Source of the DNA: Pseudidiomarina andamanensis
GTDB taxonomy: Bacteria; Pseudomonadota; Gammaproteobacteria; Enterobacterales; Alteromonadaceae
Direction of reading: 5' to 3'
Length of the DNA stretch: 32,000 nucleotides
Assembly (NCBI RefSeq): GCF_009734345.1
Contig: NZ_CP032551.1
Coordinates: forward strand, 690,001-722,000
Under the pieces are notes generated by a model. The model searched no databases. It was not told where the DNA came from and saw only the letters and a list, made by a program, of their open reading frames with translations. Made by a program: the position numbers and the translations under genes. Every line of letters begins with the position of its first letter. Position 1 is the first letter of the stretch. Positions 1 through 8,831 of this stretch are shown here, one piece after another.

Positions 1-528
1 TCGACTTTGCTGCTGCCACCAGTCTAAAACGCGTTCGCCAAACCAATAAACTAGTAACGCGAGGCCGTAATAGCGAATGCCTCGCGCTATCGTCGCAGCT
101 AACATGAATAATAAAAATGGATATTCTGCGCTACCCGCTGCGAGCATACCCACTTGGAATGGTACTGGGGTAATGCCAACCAGCAATAACGTAGCGAAGC
201 CATGCTCTTCAAATCGCACTGTGAAGGCCTCAAAGGCATTCTGATAACCCAGCGCAGTCAGCACCCAATCACCGAAATCATCCAGAAACCAAAAGCCAAT
301 GCTATAACCGATGCTAGCCCCTACCAAACAACCTAGTAACGTTGCTGTGGCAATTGCCCAGAGACGATCTTGCTGATGCAGCAATAACGGTATCAGAATC
401 AGTTCAAGTGGAATGGGAATGATCAAACTTTCGAGCAAAGAGGCAATAAAAATTAGCGGAAGAATGGCTTTAGAATCAGCAAAACGCGCCAACCAACGGT
501 CGGCGCGTTTGTTATTCGTAGCTTGCAT
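1..528 (-). CDS. YqaA/DedA-family (SNARE-associated-like) inner-membrane protein, partial (C-terminus lies beyond the window start)
   Basis: Absent from the ORF track because it has no stop inside the window. I checked every forward triplet in the frame from the ATG (528..526) to nt 1 and found no minus-strand stop (176 codons). The translation MQATNNKRADRWLARFADSKAILPLIFIASLLESLIIPIPLELILIPLLL...GITPVPFQVGMLAAG... is multi-TM and resembles YqaA/DedA proteins. The start lies 5 nt after the stop of the upstream M28 gene, so co-transcription is likely. Confidence 0.6.
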   Translation of the reverse strand, partial: MQATNNKRADRWLARFADSKAILPLIFIASLLESLIIPIPLELILIPLLLHQQDRLWAIATATLLGCLVGASIGYSIGFWFLDDFGDWVLTALGYQNAFEAFTVRFEEHGFATLLLVGITPVPFQVGMLAAGSAEYPFLLFMLAATIARGIRYYGLALLVYWFGERVLDWWQQQSR

Positions 529-533
529 GAATG

Positions 534-1910
534 TTATTCACCAAATGCGCCTGCAGCGCCTGGGTAAACAACCGGGCTTTCAAAATCTTTGTCGCTGACA
601 CTGGCAACACCAAAGAAATAATTATCAATCACGATGTTTTCGAGGGTGTATTCGGTCACGTTACCGACGTAGCGGCTAAATTCCCAGTTTGGTGCATCCG
701 TGTGGCGCCAATAGATGCGGTACCCTTTCACATGCTCTTTTTCAGCTTCTGAAGGCGCAGCCCAACTTAACGTTGTGCTTGGACTTACTGCTCCAGCAAT
801 TTTAACTTCCGCTGGTGGGCTCGGCGCCCATGCCATGCTAGCTAAAGATACCGCATTCAAAGCGGTTAACTTAGCTGCGTAATCAAAATCAACACCATCA
901 ATGGTATCACCATAGGCAATGCCATTTTCAACCCGTAAATCTTGGTGCTGACGGTTGTAGTTTTCGTTGGTTTCCATAATGCGTACACCTGGGAAACCAA
1001 GGTCGTTAAACGGGCGATGATGCCCACCACGAGCGAAACGATCTAAACGATAAATGACCATCGTATCGAGATTAGGAATATAGCGATCAGCCATCCAATC
1101 GATATAGCGCGCCACATTACGACTCGGGGAATCAACCTCTCCTCCGGTGAAACGACGGCGACGAATATCTTCGGGTGTTTCATCTTGACGTGTGCCTTCC
1201 GCAAAAATACGCGCGGTGGTGTTATTAATTACACCATTGATACCTTCGATATTACCAATCATATCGTTGTTCAAAACGGCCTTAATACGCCAGCCATCTT
1301 TCTGGGCTTGTTCGGCCATGATCTTACCGCCAAAAAGCCCTTGCTCTTCACCAGCTAACGCCGCATAAACAATGCTTCCCGCAAATTTATATTTGCTCAA
1401 TACGCGTGCCGCCTCAAGCGTGCCCGCAACACCTGACGCATTATCATTTGCTCCCGGCGCATCTGAGGTATAATCCATGACATCACTTACGCGCGAATCA
1501 ATATCACCTGACATAATCACATAACGCGATGGGTCGACCGTCCCTTTCTGAACAGCAATGACGCTCACAACCTCAACCGGATCAGGAATACGCGGCTCGC
1601 CAGAAATAACCCGTGATTGATAGTAAACCTCGAGACAACCACCACACTCCGCTGAAATTTTATCAAACTCAGCTTTAATCCAACGACGAGCGGCGCCAAT
1701 ACCACGCGTATCTGACTCGGTTTCTGATAACGTATGGCGCGTACCAAAACTAACCAGCTTTTCAATATCGGTTTGAATGCGGTCGGCTGAGACAGCTTGT
1801 TGGATGGCATGCAGTTGCGGCTGATCGGTGTATTCGACATCAGCATATGCGCTGATAGCAAAAACACCAGCAGCGACAGACGACAATAGCGCCCACGGTT
1901 TAAGTTTCAT
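534..1910 (-). CDS. Secreted M28-family aminopeptidase with a C-terminal fibronectin-III-like domain
   Basis: 458-aa ORF. N-terminal signal peptide MKLKPWALLSSVAAGVFAISAYA. M28 zinc-ligand context (SGDIDS, ANDNASGVAG, AGEEQGLFGG). The C-terminal ~90 aa (PSPPAEVKIAGAVSPSTTLSWAAP...GYRIYWR...) look FN3-like. SD GAGGAAG lies upstream of the ATG. Confidence 0.85.
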   Translation of the reverse strand: MKLKPWALLSSVAAGVFAISAYADVEYTDQPQLHAIQQAVSADRIQTDIEKLVSFGTRHTLSETESDTRGIGAARRWIKAEFDKISAECGGCLEVYYQSRVISGEPRIPDPVEVVSVIAVQKGTVDPSRYVIMSGDIDSRVSDVMDYTSDAPGANDNASGVAGTLEAARVLSKYKFAGSIVYAALAGEEQGLFGGKIMAEQAQKDGWRIKAVLNNDMIGNIEGINGVINNTTARIFAEGTRQDETPEDIRRRRFTGGEVDSPSRNVARYIDWMADRYIPNLDTMVIYRLDRFARGGHHRPFNDLGFPGVRIMETNENYNRQHQDLRVENGIAYGDTIDGVDFDYAAKLTALNAVSLASMAWAPSPPAEVKIAGAVSPSTTLSWAAPSEAEKEHVKGYRIYWRHTDAPNWEFSRYVGNVTEYTLENIVIDNYFFGVASVSDKDFESPVVYPGAAGAFGE

Positions 1911-1939
1911 GGCGACTTCCTCTAGTTGGTCTGTTTAGA

Positions 1940-1966
1940 ATAACGTACTATACCTTTATACGTTAT
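1940..1966. promoter_or_regulatory. 8-11-8 inverted repeat (ATAACGTA-N11-TACGTTAT) in the divergent M28/oxidoreductase promoter region; candidate operator
   Basis: Perfect 8-bp arms at 1940-1947 and 1959-1966, read directly in the 76-bp divergent intergenic region. Confidence 0.3.
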
Positions 1967-1986
1967 GCACAAAAGAGGACGCAACC

Positions 1987-3009
1987 ATGAAAGCAGTTGG
2001 TTATCCCCACTCTGGGTCGATTGATACAGAAAATGCGTTAATTGACACGACCGTACCCGATCCGGTGCTTGGTCCGAATGATATTTTAGTCGCTGTTTAC
2101 GGCATTGGTGTTAATCCGGTTGATACAAAAATACGATCGCGCCGAGAGCCTGAGGCTGGTACCGTCGGCATCCTTGGGTGGGATGCCGCCGGCACTGTAT
2201 TAAGTGTAGGCGAGAATGTTTTTGACTTTAAAGAGGGAGACGATGTTTGGTATGCCGGCGCGGTGAATCGCCAAGGTTGTAACGCGCAATACCAAGTTGT
2301 CGATGCCCGTATTGCAAGCAAAAAGCCAAAAACGCTAACGTTTGCTGAAGCGGCTGCAATGCCACTGACGTTCTTGACCGCTTGGGAGTTACTCTTTGAA
2401 CGTTTGGCTCTAACAACGGATGATTCTGCCACGCTTTTGGTTACCGGAGCGGCTGGTGGCGTTGGCTCTGCGATGCTGCAATTAGCGGCGCTAAACGATA
2501 ATCTTACCACTATCGCAACAGCCTCCCGCCCAGAATCACAACAATGGGTTAAGAAAATGGGCGCAGATATCGTTATCAATCATAGCCAACCGTTAGCCCC
2601 ACAGTTAAAGCAACACGGCATTGAAAAAGTGACGCACGTTGCAAGCCTGACCCATACTGATCAACATTTTGCTGCGCTTGTAGAGCTCATGGCGCCGCAG
2701 GGGCATTTTGCACTGATTGATGATCCTGAACAGCCGTTAGATATAAAACTCATGAAACAAAAGAGTATAGCGTTGCATTGGGAATTTATGTTCACGCGCT
2801 CGTTATTTGAAACTGCCGACATGCACCGCCAAGGACAAATACTACGGGAAGTTGCCGAATTAACTGATGCGGGTCGCCTCAAATGCACCAAAACACAACA
2901 TTTTGGGGAATTAAACGCTGCCAATTTAATTCGCGCTCATCGACAGCTTGAATCACACAGCACTGTCGGCAAAATCGTCTTGGACGGTTACAATGCGCCG
3001 CTCGTTTAA
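1987..3009 (+). CDS. Zinc-binding alcohol dehydrogenase family (MDR superfamily) / quinone-oxidoreductase-like protein
   Basis: 340-aa ORF with SD AGAGGA upstream. GroES-like N-terminal region (GVNPVDTKIR) and nucleotide-binding motif VTGAAGGVGS. Overall similarity to MDR-family oxidoreductases. Confidence 0.85.
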   Translation: MKAVGYPHSGSIDTENALIDTTVPDPVLGPNDILVAVYGIGVNPVDTKIRSRREPEAGTVGILGWDAAGTVLSVGENVFDFKEGDDVWYAGAVNRQGCNAQYQVVDARIASKKPKTLTFAEAAAMPLTFLTAWELLFERLALTTDDSATLLVTGAAGGVGSAMLQLAALNDNLTTIATASRPESQQWVKKMGADIVINHSQPLAPQLKQHGIEKVTHVASLTHTDQHFAALVELMAPQGHFALIDDPEQPLDIKLMKQKSIALHWEFMFTRSLFETADMHRQGQILREVAELTDAGRLKCTKTQHFGELNAANLIRAHRQLESHSTVGKIVLDGYNAPLV

Positions 3010-3458
3010 GCAGCACACTGATCTGCAGTGAAGCGCAACTCAAATAGCAGCGCTTCACTGCGATCTAAGTAACGAATAATCAGAAATTCTGCCTCTTCAC
3101 GATAATAGTTCAACGCCTCACTTTCACAAAACTGGCGTAACATTGCTGGTTCCAGCTGTTGTCGAATATCTTCCACATTGTGTTGGTACTTATCGACACC
3201 TACAAGACTATAAATAAACCGCATGCCGTAATTCATCACTTCAGCACGCTCAAATCGAGTTTGTCGATCTAACAGTTTTGGCAAATCGCGATTTAATTTC
3301 CCAGAACGTTCAAGTAACTCTTGATACAAATCGTTACGATTTTTTATGTCACTGGTTTGGGCAATCTGGCTAAACAAAACAATGCTAGCAACTCCTGTAA
3401 AAAGAACGCTAAGACCCAGCACAAGCTGGCGTTTAAAACGATCTGTCATAAACTTCAC
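3006..3458 (-). CDS. Hypothetical membrane-anchored periplasmic protein (pattern reminiscent of PA3611-like small periplasmic domains)
   Basis: 150-aa ORF. One N-terminal TM or signal anchor (LVLGLSVLFTGVASIVLF) followed by a ~115-aa soluble domain with exactly two Cys (RQFCESE, ADQCAA). No HTH motif. Divergent from the RND operon. The family assignment is recall-based only. Confidence 0.6.
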   Translation of the reverse strand: MKFMTDRFKRQLVLGLSVLFTGVASIVLFSQIAQTSDIKNRNDLYQELLERSGKLNRDLPKLLDRQTRFERAEVMNYGMRFIYSLVGVDKYQHNVEDIRQQLEPAMLRQFCESEALNYYREEAEFLIIRYLDRSEALLFELRFTADQCAA

Positions 3459-3515
3459 CTATACTTTGCACTTATTTATTCGATTGAACGTATCGAAAAT
3501 ATTCGTGGCCTTCAC

Positions 3516-3544
3516 TTACAAACATACATGAATGTATGTATAAT
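3516..3544 (+). promoter_or_regulatory. Predicted sigma70 promoter of the RND efflux operon (-35 TTACAA, 17-bp spacer, -10 TATAAT)
   Basis: TTACAA at 3516-3521 and TATAAT at 3539-3544, with a 17-bp spacer. The -10 element lies about 40 nt upstream of the likely adaptor-gene start. Confidence 0.6.
3522..3539. promoter_or_regulatory. Operator-like palindrome ACATACAT-GA-ATGTATGT filling the promoter spacer
   Basis: Perfect 8-bp arms separated by 2 bp. It spans the 17-bp -35/-10 spacer and shares its last base (3539) with the -10 hexamer. Confidence 0.45.
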
Positions 3545-3585
3545 TATCGGTGTCAAAAATCATTAACCAAATACGAGGTATGTAC

Positions 3586-4731
3586 ATGCAACAACGTTTT
3601 CGTAAGCCGTTGTTCGTATCTGTGTTAGCAAGCTCTATTTTGCTAGCTAGTTGTGGCGATGCCGAGCAAGCAGCCGCTGGCGCTGGTCAACAACAGCAAA
3701 TGACGGTGGGTGTTGTCACCATTAGCACACGCGATGTTGATTTAACCACTACCCTTCCTGGTCGCGCAAGTGCGTTTCGGGTTGCAGAAGTTCGCCCACA
3801 AGTTAACGGTATTCTTGAAAAACGTTTATTTGAAGAAGGTTCAATGGTCAGTGCCGGCCAGCAATTGTATCAAATTGACGCAGCTATGTACGAAGCTGAA
3901 CTTGCCAGCGCGAAAGCCGAAATTGCCCGTGCTCAAGCTGCAGTAAAGTCAACGCAATCACGCTTTGAGCGCAGCAAAGGTTTGTTGCAAGACAAAGCCA
4001 TTAGCCAACAAGATTTTGATGAGGCTGAGGCTGCTTATTTGCAGGCTGAAGCGCAACTTAAAATTGCTCAAGCAAATGTATCGCGCGCTGAGCTCAATCT
4101 AGAATACACGAAAGTTAAGGCACCAATTGATGGTCGTATTGGTCGTTCGCAACTGACTGAAGGTGCCTTATTGAGTGTAGGTCAGGCACAGGCGTTAACA
4201 ACCATTACTCAGTTAGACCCGATTTACGTCGATATTGCACAAAGCACCAGTGATTACCTTGCGTTGCAACAAGCAATTGCCGACGGACGTATCGAAACGA
4301 ATGCTGATAATCGTGCAGAGGTTGTCGTAAGTGTTGGCGAGAATGGCAACTTCACCACCAAAGGTGAATTACTGTTTAATGAAGTGACTGTTGATCCACA
4401 AACCAGTGCGATTACCTTACGCGCTCGTCTTGATAACCCTAGTCATGCCATTTTACCTGGAATGTACGTGCGTGCCGAGGTTGGCACCGGCAACTTAAAA
4501 AATGCCATTTTAGCACCGCAAACAGGTGTTAGCCGTGATCCACGTGGTCGTGCTATCGCATTTGTTGTGAATGCGGAAGGTAAGGTTGAACAACGTTACC
4601 TGCAAGTTGAACGCACTGTAGGCACCAACTGGGTAGTCACCGACGGCCTAACAACGGGTGATAAAGTCATCGTTGAAGGGCTTCAGAAAATTCAGCCAGG
4701 CATGCCTGTAAAAACTGAAGAAGTGAAGTAA
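3586..4731 (+). CDS. RND efflux periplasmic adaptor (membrane fusion protein, AcrA/MexA-like lipoprotein)
   Basis: The ORF track starts at GTG 3550, but the SD GAGG (3575-3578) fits ATG 3586 best. Lipobox LLASCG. Coiled-coil hairpin region (AELASAKAEIARAQAAV...AEAQLKIAQANVSRAELNLEYTKVKAPIDGRIG) typical of the HlyD/AcrA family. Its stop lies 3 nt before the pump gene. Confidence 0.92.
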   Translation: MQQRFRKPLFVSVLASSILLASCGDAEQAAAGAGQQQQMTVGVVTISTRDVDLTTTLPGRASAFRVAEVRPQVNGILEKRLFEEGSMVSAGQQLYQIDAAMYEAELASAKAEIARAQAAVKSTQSRFERSKGLLQDKAISQQDFDEAEAAYLQAEAQLKIAQANVSRAELNLEYTKVKAPIDGRIGRSQLTEGALLSVGQAQALTTITQLDPIYVDIAQSTSDYLALQQAIADGRIETNADNRAEVVVSVGENGNFTTKGELLFNEVTVDPQTSAITLRARLDNPSHAILPGMYVRAEVGTGNLKNAILAPQTGVSRDPRGRAIAFVVNAEGKVEQRYLQVERTVGTNWVVTDGLTTGDKVIVEGLQKIQPGMPVKTEEVK

Positions 4732-4734
4732 ATC

Positions 4735-7700
4735 ATGGCTAAGTTTTTTATTGATCGCCCAATATTCGCATGGGTTATCGCCATCGTGATCATGCTCGCC
4801 GGCGGCCTTGCGGTTACGCAATTGCCGGTTGAACAATATCCTCAAATTGCACCACCTTCGGTGCAAATCAACGCGCGCTATCCGGGGGCCACAGCGGCCA
4901 CCTTAGAAGAAAGTGTGACGCAGGTTATTGAACAGAACATGAACGGTATTGATAACTTAAAATACTTTTCATCAACCAGTGACTCTGCCGGTAACGCCAG
5001 TATTACCCTCACCTTTGAGGCGGGTACCGATGCTGATATAGCGCAGGTTCAAGTTCAGAATAAACTGCAACTTGCCCTGCCGTTATTGCCGCAAGAAGTA
5101 CAAAACCAGGGACTAGTTGTTGCGAAATCAAACAACTCATTCTTATTGGTTGCGGCGCTTGTCTCTAGCAATCCGGATATCACCCAAATTGACCTTGGTG
5201 ACTATATCGCCAGTAATATGCAAGATCCCATCAGTCGCACAGCTGGGGTTGGTAATGTTCGTTTGTTCGGTGCCCCTTACGCAATGCGTATTTGGCTAGA
5301 TCCGAGTAAGCTGGTTCGTTATAACATGACCACTCTCGATGTGGTGATGGCACTACGTGAACAAAACAACCAAGTTGCCGCCGGGCAAATTGGTGGTACA
5401 CCTGCTGTAGAGAATCAGCGCCTTACGGCATCGATTATTGCACAGACGCGGCTTGAAACGGTTGAACAATTTGAAGAAGTATTGCTGCGCGTCAATAGTG
5501 ATGGCTCGAAGGTCACTGTTGGTGATGTTGCAGAAGTTGAACTTGGTGGCCAAGATTACGGCACCATTGCACGATATAACCGACAAGCAGCAAGTGGCCT
5601 TGCGGTGAACCTCGCAACCGGCGCCAATGCTTTAGATACAGCTGAAGCGGTTAAAGCCAAGCTTGCCGAATTGGAACAGTTCTTCCCAGAAGGCGTAGAG
5701 CTCGTTATTCCATACGACACCACGCCGTTTGTTGAAATTTCGATTAAAGAAGTGGTTAAAATTCTATTTGAAGCCGTTGTCTTGGTCTTCATTTTGATGT
5801 TTATCTTCTTGCAGAATTTGCGCGCGACAATCATTCCGTCATTGGCAATTCCGGTTGTATTGCTCGGTACATTCGGCATCATGTCAGCGCTGGGTTTCTC
5901 GATTAACACATTAACGATGTTTGGTTTGGTGTTAGCGATCGGCCTACTCGTTGATGATGCGATTGTTGTGGTCGAGAACGTTGAGCGCTTGATGAGTGAA
6001 GAAAAACTCACGCCAAGGCAAGCAACCATCAAGTCGATGAAACAAATTACCGGCGCACTTGTGGCTATTGGATTGGTCATGGCTGCGGTATTCGTACCAA
6101 TGGCATTCTTCGGCGGCTCAACCGGAGCGGTCTATCGTCAGTTTTCGATAACCATCATCTCGGCAATGTCGCTGTCAGTATTGGTCGCAATTATTTTCAC
6201 ACCGTCTTTGTGTGCAACCATTCTTAAACCGCTGAATCACGATCATGAAGCGAAAGGTATTTTAGGTTGGTTCAATCGAAACTTAGATCGAGCCACCAAA
6301 AAATACACCAACTCGGTACAATCAATCATCAAGCGTAGCGCTCGATTTGTGGTCATTTACCTCGGTTTAATTGTCGTGCTTGGTTTCTTATTCACCCGCA
6401 TGCCAAGTTCATTTATACCGAATGAAGATCGCGGTGTATTTTTAACCCAAATGCAATTACCGTCCGGCGCAACACAAGAGCAATCACGTGAAACCATGGC
6501 AAAAATCGAAGATTACTATCTCGATCAAGCCGAGGGTATTCGCTCTGTATTTACCGTTGTCGGCTTTAGCTTTAGTGGTCAAGGTCAAAACTCAGGCTTG
6601 GCGTTCGTGCGTCTTACAGATTGGAGCGAGCGGACATCACCAGAGCTGCAAATTGAAGCCATTATTGGTCGAGCGTTTGGCTACTTTATGCAAATTCGTG
6701 AGGCGATGGTATTTGCCTTTAACCTGCCGTCTATTCCAGAGTTAGGCACGGCAAGTGGTTTCAACTTGTATATTCAAGATCGCGGCGGCCTCGGCCACGA
6801 AAGATTATTGCAAGCGCGTAACCAATTACTCGGTATGGCAGCGCAGGAGCCAATGTTAGCTGGTGTGCGTCCAAATGGATTGGAAGATACATCACAACTA
6901 CGTATTGACGTTGATTACGAGAAAGCGAAGGCATTGGGCTTAAGCATCAGCGATATTAATGCAACGTTGTCCAACGCTTTCGGAACGACCTACGTCAATG
7001 ATTTTGTCGACCGTGGTCGAGTGAAGAAGGTTTATCTGCAAGGCATTGCAGAGGCGCGTATGACTCCGGCAGATATTGGCAAGTGGTATGTGCGTAATGC
7101 CAACGGTGAAATGGTTTCCTTCTCATCGTTCTCAACCACCCATTGGGATTTTGGTCCACAACGCTTAGAACGTTACAACGGTGTGCCTGCGATGAACATT
7201 CAAGGTGAAGCTGCTCCAGGCTATTCATCAGGTGATGCGATGTTGAAAATGGAAGAGCTCATTGCACAGTTACCACCTGGTATTGGGTTTGAGTGGACAG
7301 GTATTTCATTAGAAGAACGTACATCAGGCGACCAAGCACCGCTTCTATACGCCCTATCGCTCCTCATTGTGTTCCTGTGTTTGGCTGCTCTGTACGAAAG
7401 TTGGTCAATACCATTTTCAGTGATGCTCGTCGTGCCTCTTGGTATTCTCGGTGCGGTCATTGCCGCGACCATGCGTGGCCTTGAGAATGATGTGTATTTC
7501 CAAGTTGGATTGTTGACTACCGTGGGTGTATCGGCACGTAATGCGATACTGATTGTCGAATTTGCGAAAGATTTACAAGCCCAAGGTAAGGAGCTGTTGC
7601 AGGCAACATTAGAGGCAGTACGTTTGCGTTTGCGCCCTATTCTAATGACCTCACTCGCCTTCACCTTCGGTGTGCTTCCGCTAGCATTATCAACGGGTGC

Positions 7701-7842
7701 CGGCGCGGTAAGCCGTCAAGCCATTGGTACAGGCGTTATCGGTGGTATGCTCGGCGGTACTATCTTAGCTATCTTCTTCGTACCATTATTGTTCTACATT
7801 GTACGGCGCACATTCCCGCCTAAGCCTCCATATGAGGACTAA
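4735..7842 (+). CDS. RND (HAE1) multidrug efflux permease, AcrB/MexB-like
   Basis: 1035-aa ORF starting [24 protein letters not shown], the canonical AcrB-family N-terminus. 12-TM architecture with two large periplasmic loops. No outer-membrane factor gene follows; a terminator does. Confidence 0.97.
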   Translation: MAKFFIDRPIFAWVIAIVIMLAGGLAVTQLPVEQYPQIAPPSVQINARYPGATAATLEESVTQVIEQNMNGIDNLKYFSSTSDSAGNASITLTFEAGTDADIAQVQVQNKLQLALPLLPQEVQNQGLVVAKSNNSFLLVAALVSSNPDITQIDLGDYIASNMQDPISRTAGVGNVRLFGAPYAMRIWLDPSKLVRYNMTTLDVVMALREQNNQVAAGQIGGTPAVENQRLTASIIAQTRLETVEQFEEVLLRVNSDGSKVTVGDVAEVELGGQDYGTIARYNRQAASGLAVNLATGANALDTAEAVKAKLAELEQFFPEGVELVIPYDTTPFVEISIKEVVKILFEAVVLVFILMFIFLQNLRATIIPSLAIPVVLLGTFGIMSALGFSINTLTMFGLVLAIGLLVDDAIVVVENVERLMSEEKLTPRQATIKSMKQITGALVAIGLVMAAVFVPMAFFGGSTGAVYRQFSITIISAMSLSVLVAIIFTPSLCATILKPLNHDHEAKGILGWFNRNLDRATKKYTNSVQSIIKRSARFVVIYLGLIVVLGFLFTRMPSSFIPNEDRGVFLTQMQLPSGATQEQSRETMAKIEDYYLDQAEGIRSVFTVVGFSFSGQGQNSGLAFVRLTDWSERTSPELQIEAIIGRAFGYFMQIREAMVFAFNLPSIPELGTASGFNLYIQDRGGLGHERLLQARNQLLGMAAQEPMLAGVRPNGLEDTSQLRIDVDYEKAKALGLSISDINATLSNAFGTTYVNDFVDRGRVKKVYLQGIAEARMTPADIGKWYVRNANGEMVSFSSFSTTHWDFGPQRLERYNGVPAMNIQGEAAPGYSSGDAMLKMEELIAQLPPGIGFEWTGISLEERTSGDQAPLLYALSLLIVFLCLAALYESWSIPFSVMLVVPLGILGAVIAATMRGLENDVYFQVGLLTTVGVSARNAILIVEFAKDLQAQGKELLQATLEAVRLRLRPILMTSLAFTFGVLPLALSTGAGAVSRQAIGTGVIGGMLGGTILAIFFVPLLFYIVRRTFPPKPPYED

Positions 7843-7874
7843 CCGGGACTAGCAGCTTCAAATAAGAACGTGCT

Positions 7875-7910
7875 AAGGTTGAGTGGTGTTTCATCACTCA
7901 ACCTTTTTTT
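7875..7910 (+). terminator. Rho-independent terminator of the RND operon
   Basis: Perfect 11-bp stem AAGGTTGAGTG / CACTCAACCTT (7875-7885 and 7895-7905) with a 9-nt loop, followed by a 7-T run (7904-7910). Confidence 0.85.
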
Positions 7911-8441
7911 ATGCTGCATCGTTATTTTGTTTTAGCTATTGCTTTGGTGGCCGTGCTTGTGGGTGTGCAGGTGCCGAATTTTATCACGCAATATCAGCAG
8001 CGACTTGATTCGCAGCTAACTGAAGCCATGGTGTATTACAAAGAATATCAACTGATTGCCGACAAGTACTTAAACGGCGATATGAATGCACTCATTCAAA
8101 TGCACGAAGAAAGTGACAATCCGGTATTTAAAGATGAGGCAATACCGCTTCGTGAATTAATACGCCGCGTTGATTTATACCGCCACGAACAGCAGCAGTT
8201 ACAACAAGGTTATTTGAAACAACTTTGGTTTGTCGCCACTGAAGCAAACCGAGAAATGGTTGATAATACTTGGCGCGCCTATAGCTTTAACGTGCCGCTA
8301 ACGCGTCAGGCTGTATTCTCAGGGGTAATTGCTGCCCTACTTGCGGTATTGCTATTTGACGGCTGTATTGGCGGTTGTAAGCTGGCATATCGACGTTTTC
8401 GACGTAAACGCCACCAGCCACACCGACACGCTAAATCTTAA
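7911..8441 (+). CDS. DUF2937-like membrane protein
   Basis: 176-aa ORF. N-terminal TM followed by VPNFITQYQQRLDSQL (compare the ..PQLADHYQQ.. opening recalled for DUF2937 proteins). C-terminal TM and a basic tail RRFRRKRHQPHRHAKS. The ATG directly abuts the terminator T-run. Confidence 0.6.
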   Translation: MLHRYFVLAIALVAVLVGVQVPNFITQYQQRLDSQLTEAMVYYKEYQLIADKYLNGDMNALIQMHEESDNPVFKDEAIPLRELIRRVDLYRHEQQQLQQGYLKQLWFVATEANREMVDNTWRAYSFNVPLTRQAVFSGVIAALLAVLLFDGCIGGCKLAYRRFRRKRHQPHRHAKS

Positions 8442-8779
8442 CGGCGCTCGTCACCGTCTTTCACTTGGTACTCACCTTCAATAACTGAACCATCCTGACG
8501 GTTCTGTTGCTGCTCACGTCGTTGTTGATATTGGCGGCGTGCTTGCTGTTGAGCTTGGCGAGTCGCTTTCGTGAATTGCCACATTTGTTTCATTTCACGG
8601 CGTTTGCGCCACATCAACGGCAACAGTAGAATCCAGCCGAACAATAGCATCAATAAACCGAGGCTAAGGCCTACTATTAGAAGCAACCCAAACAGTAACC
8701 AACTGAGTAGCACAACAAATGGATTTGCACCTGGTTGTGGTTTAATTTTGTTTTGCCATTGTCGAATGTATATCAGCAT
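8438..8779 (-). CDS. Hypothetical small membrane protein with a Gln/Arg-rich C-terminal tail
   Basis: 113-aa ORF. Two predicted TM helices (FVVLLSWLLFGLLLIVGLSLGLLMLLFGWILLLPLMW) followed by a QQQARRQYQQRREQQQNRQ tail. I recognise no family. Its stop overlaps the convergent DUF2937 stop in a TTAA. Confidence 0.5.
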   Translation of the reverse strand: MLIYIRQWQNKIKPQPGANPFVVLLSWLLFGLLLIVGLSLGLLMLLFGWILLLPLMWRKRREMKQMWQFTKATRQAQQQARRQYQQRREQQQNRQDGSVIEGEYQVKDGDERR

Positions 8780-8831
8780 TGTCTTATCACTTGGTTATGA
8801 ATGTTTCACGTTGTTTAAGACTATATTGGGA

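Noticed and set aside
413-752. Plus-strand ORFs 413-598 and 531-752.
   Set aside because: They overlap the YqaA-like and M28 genes on the opposite strand, and I see no coding signal.
5556-6080. 174-aa minus-strand ORF inside the RND pump gene. Similar long antisense ORFs occur at 7221-7664, 2097-2579, 31186-31653, 29672-30022 and 29178-29489.
   Set aside because: Each lies entirely antisense within a confidently identified conserved gene (pump, oxidoreductase, aroA, cmk, rpsA). Their translations are low-complexity and Ser/Arg/Ala-rich, with no recognisable motifs or SD sites. They are typical shadow ORFs.
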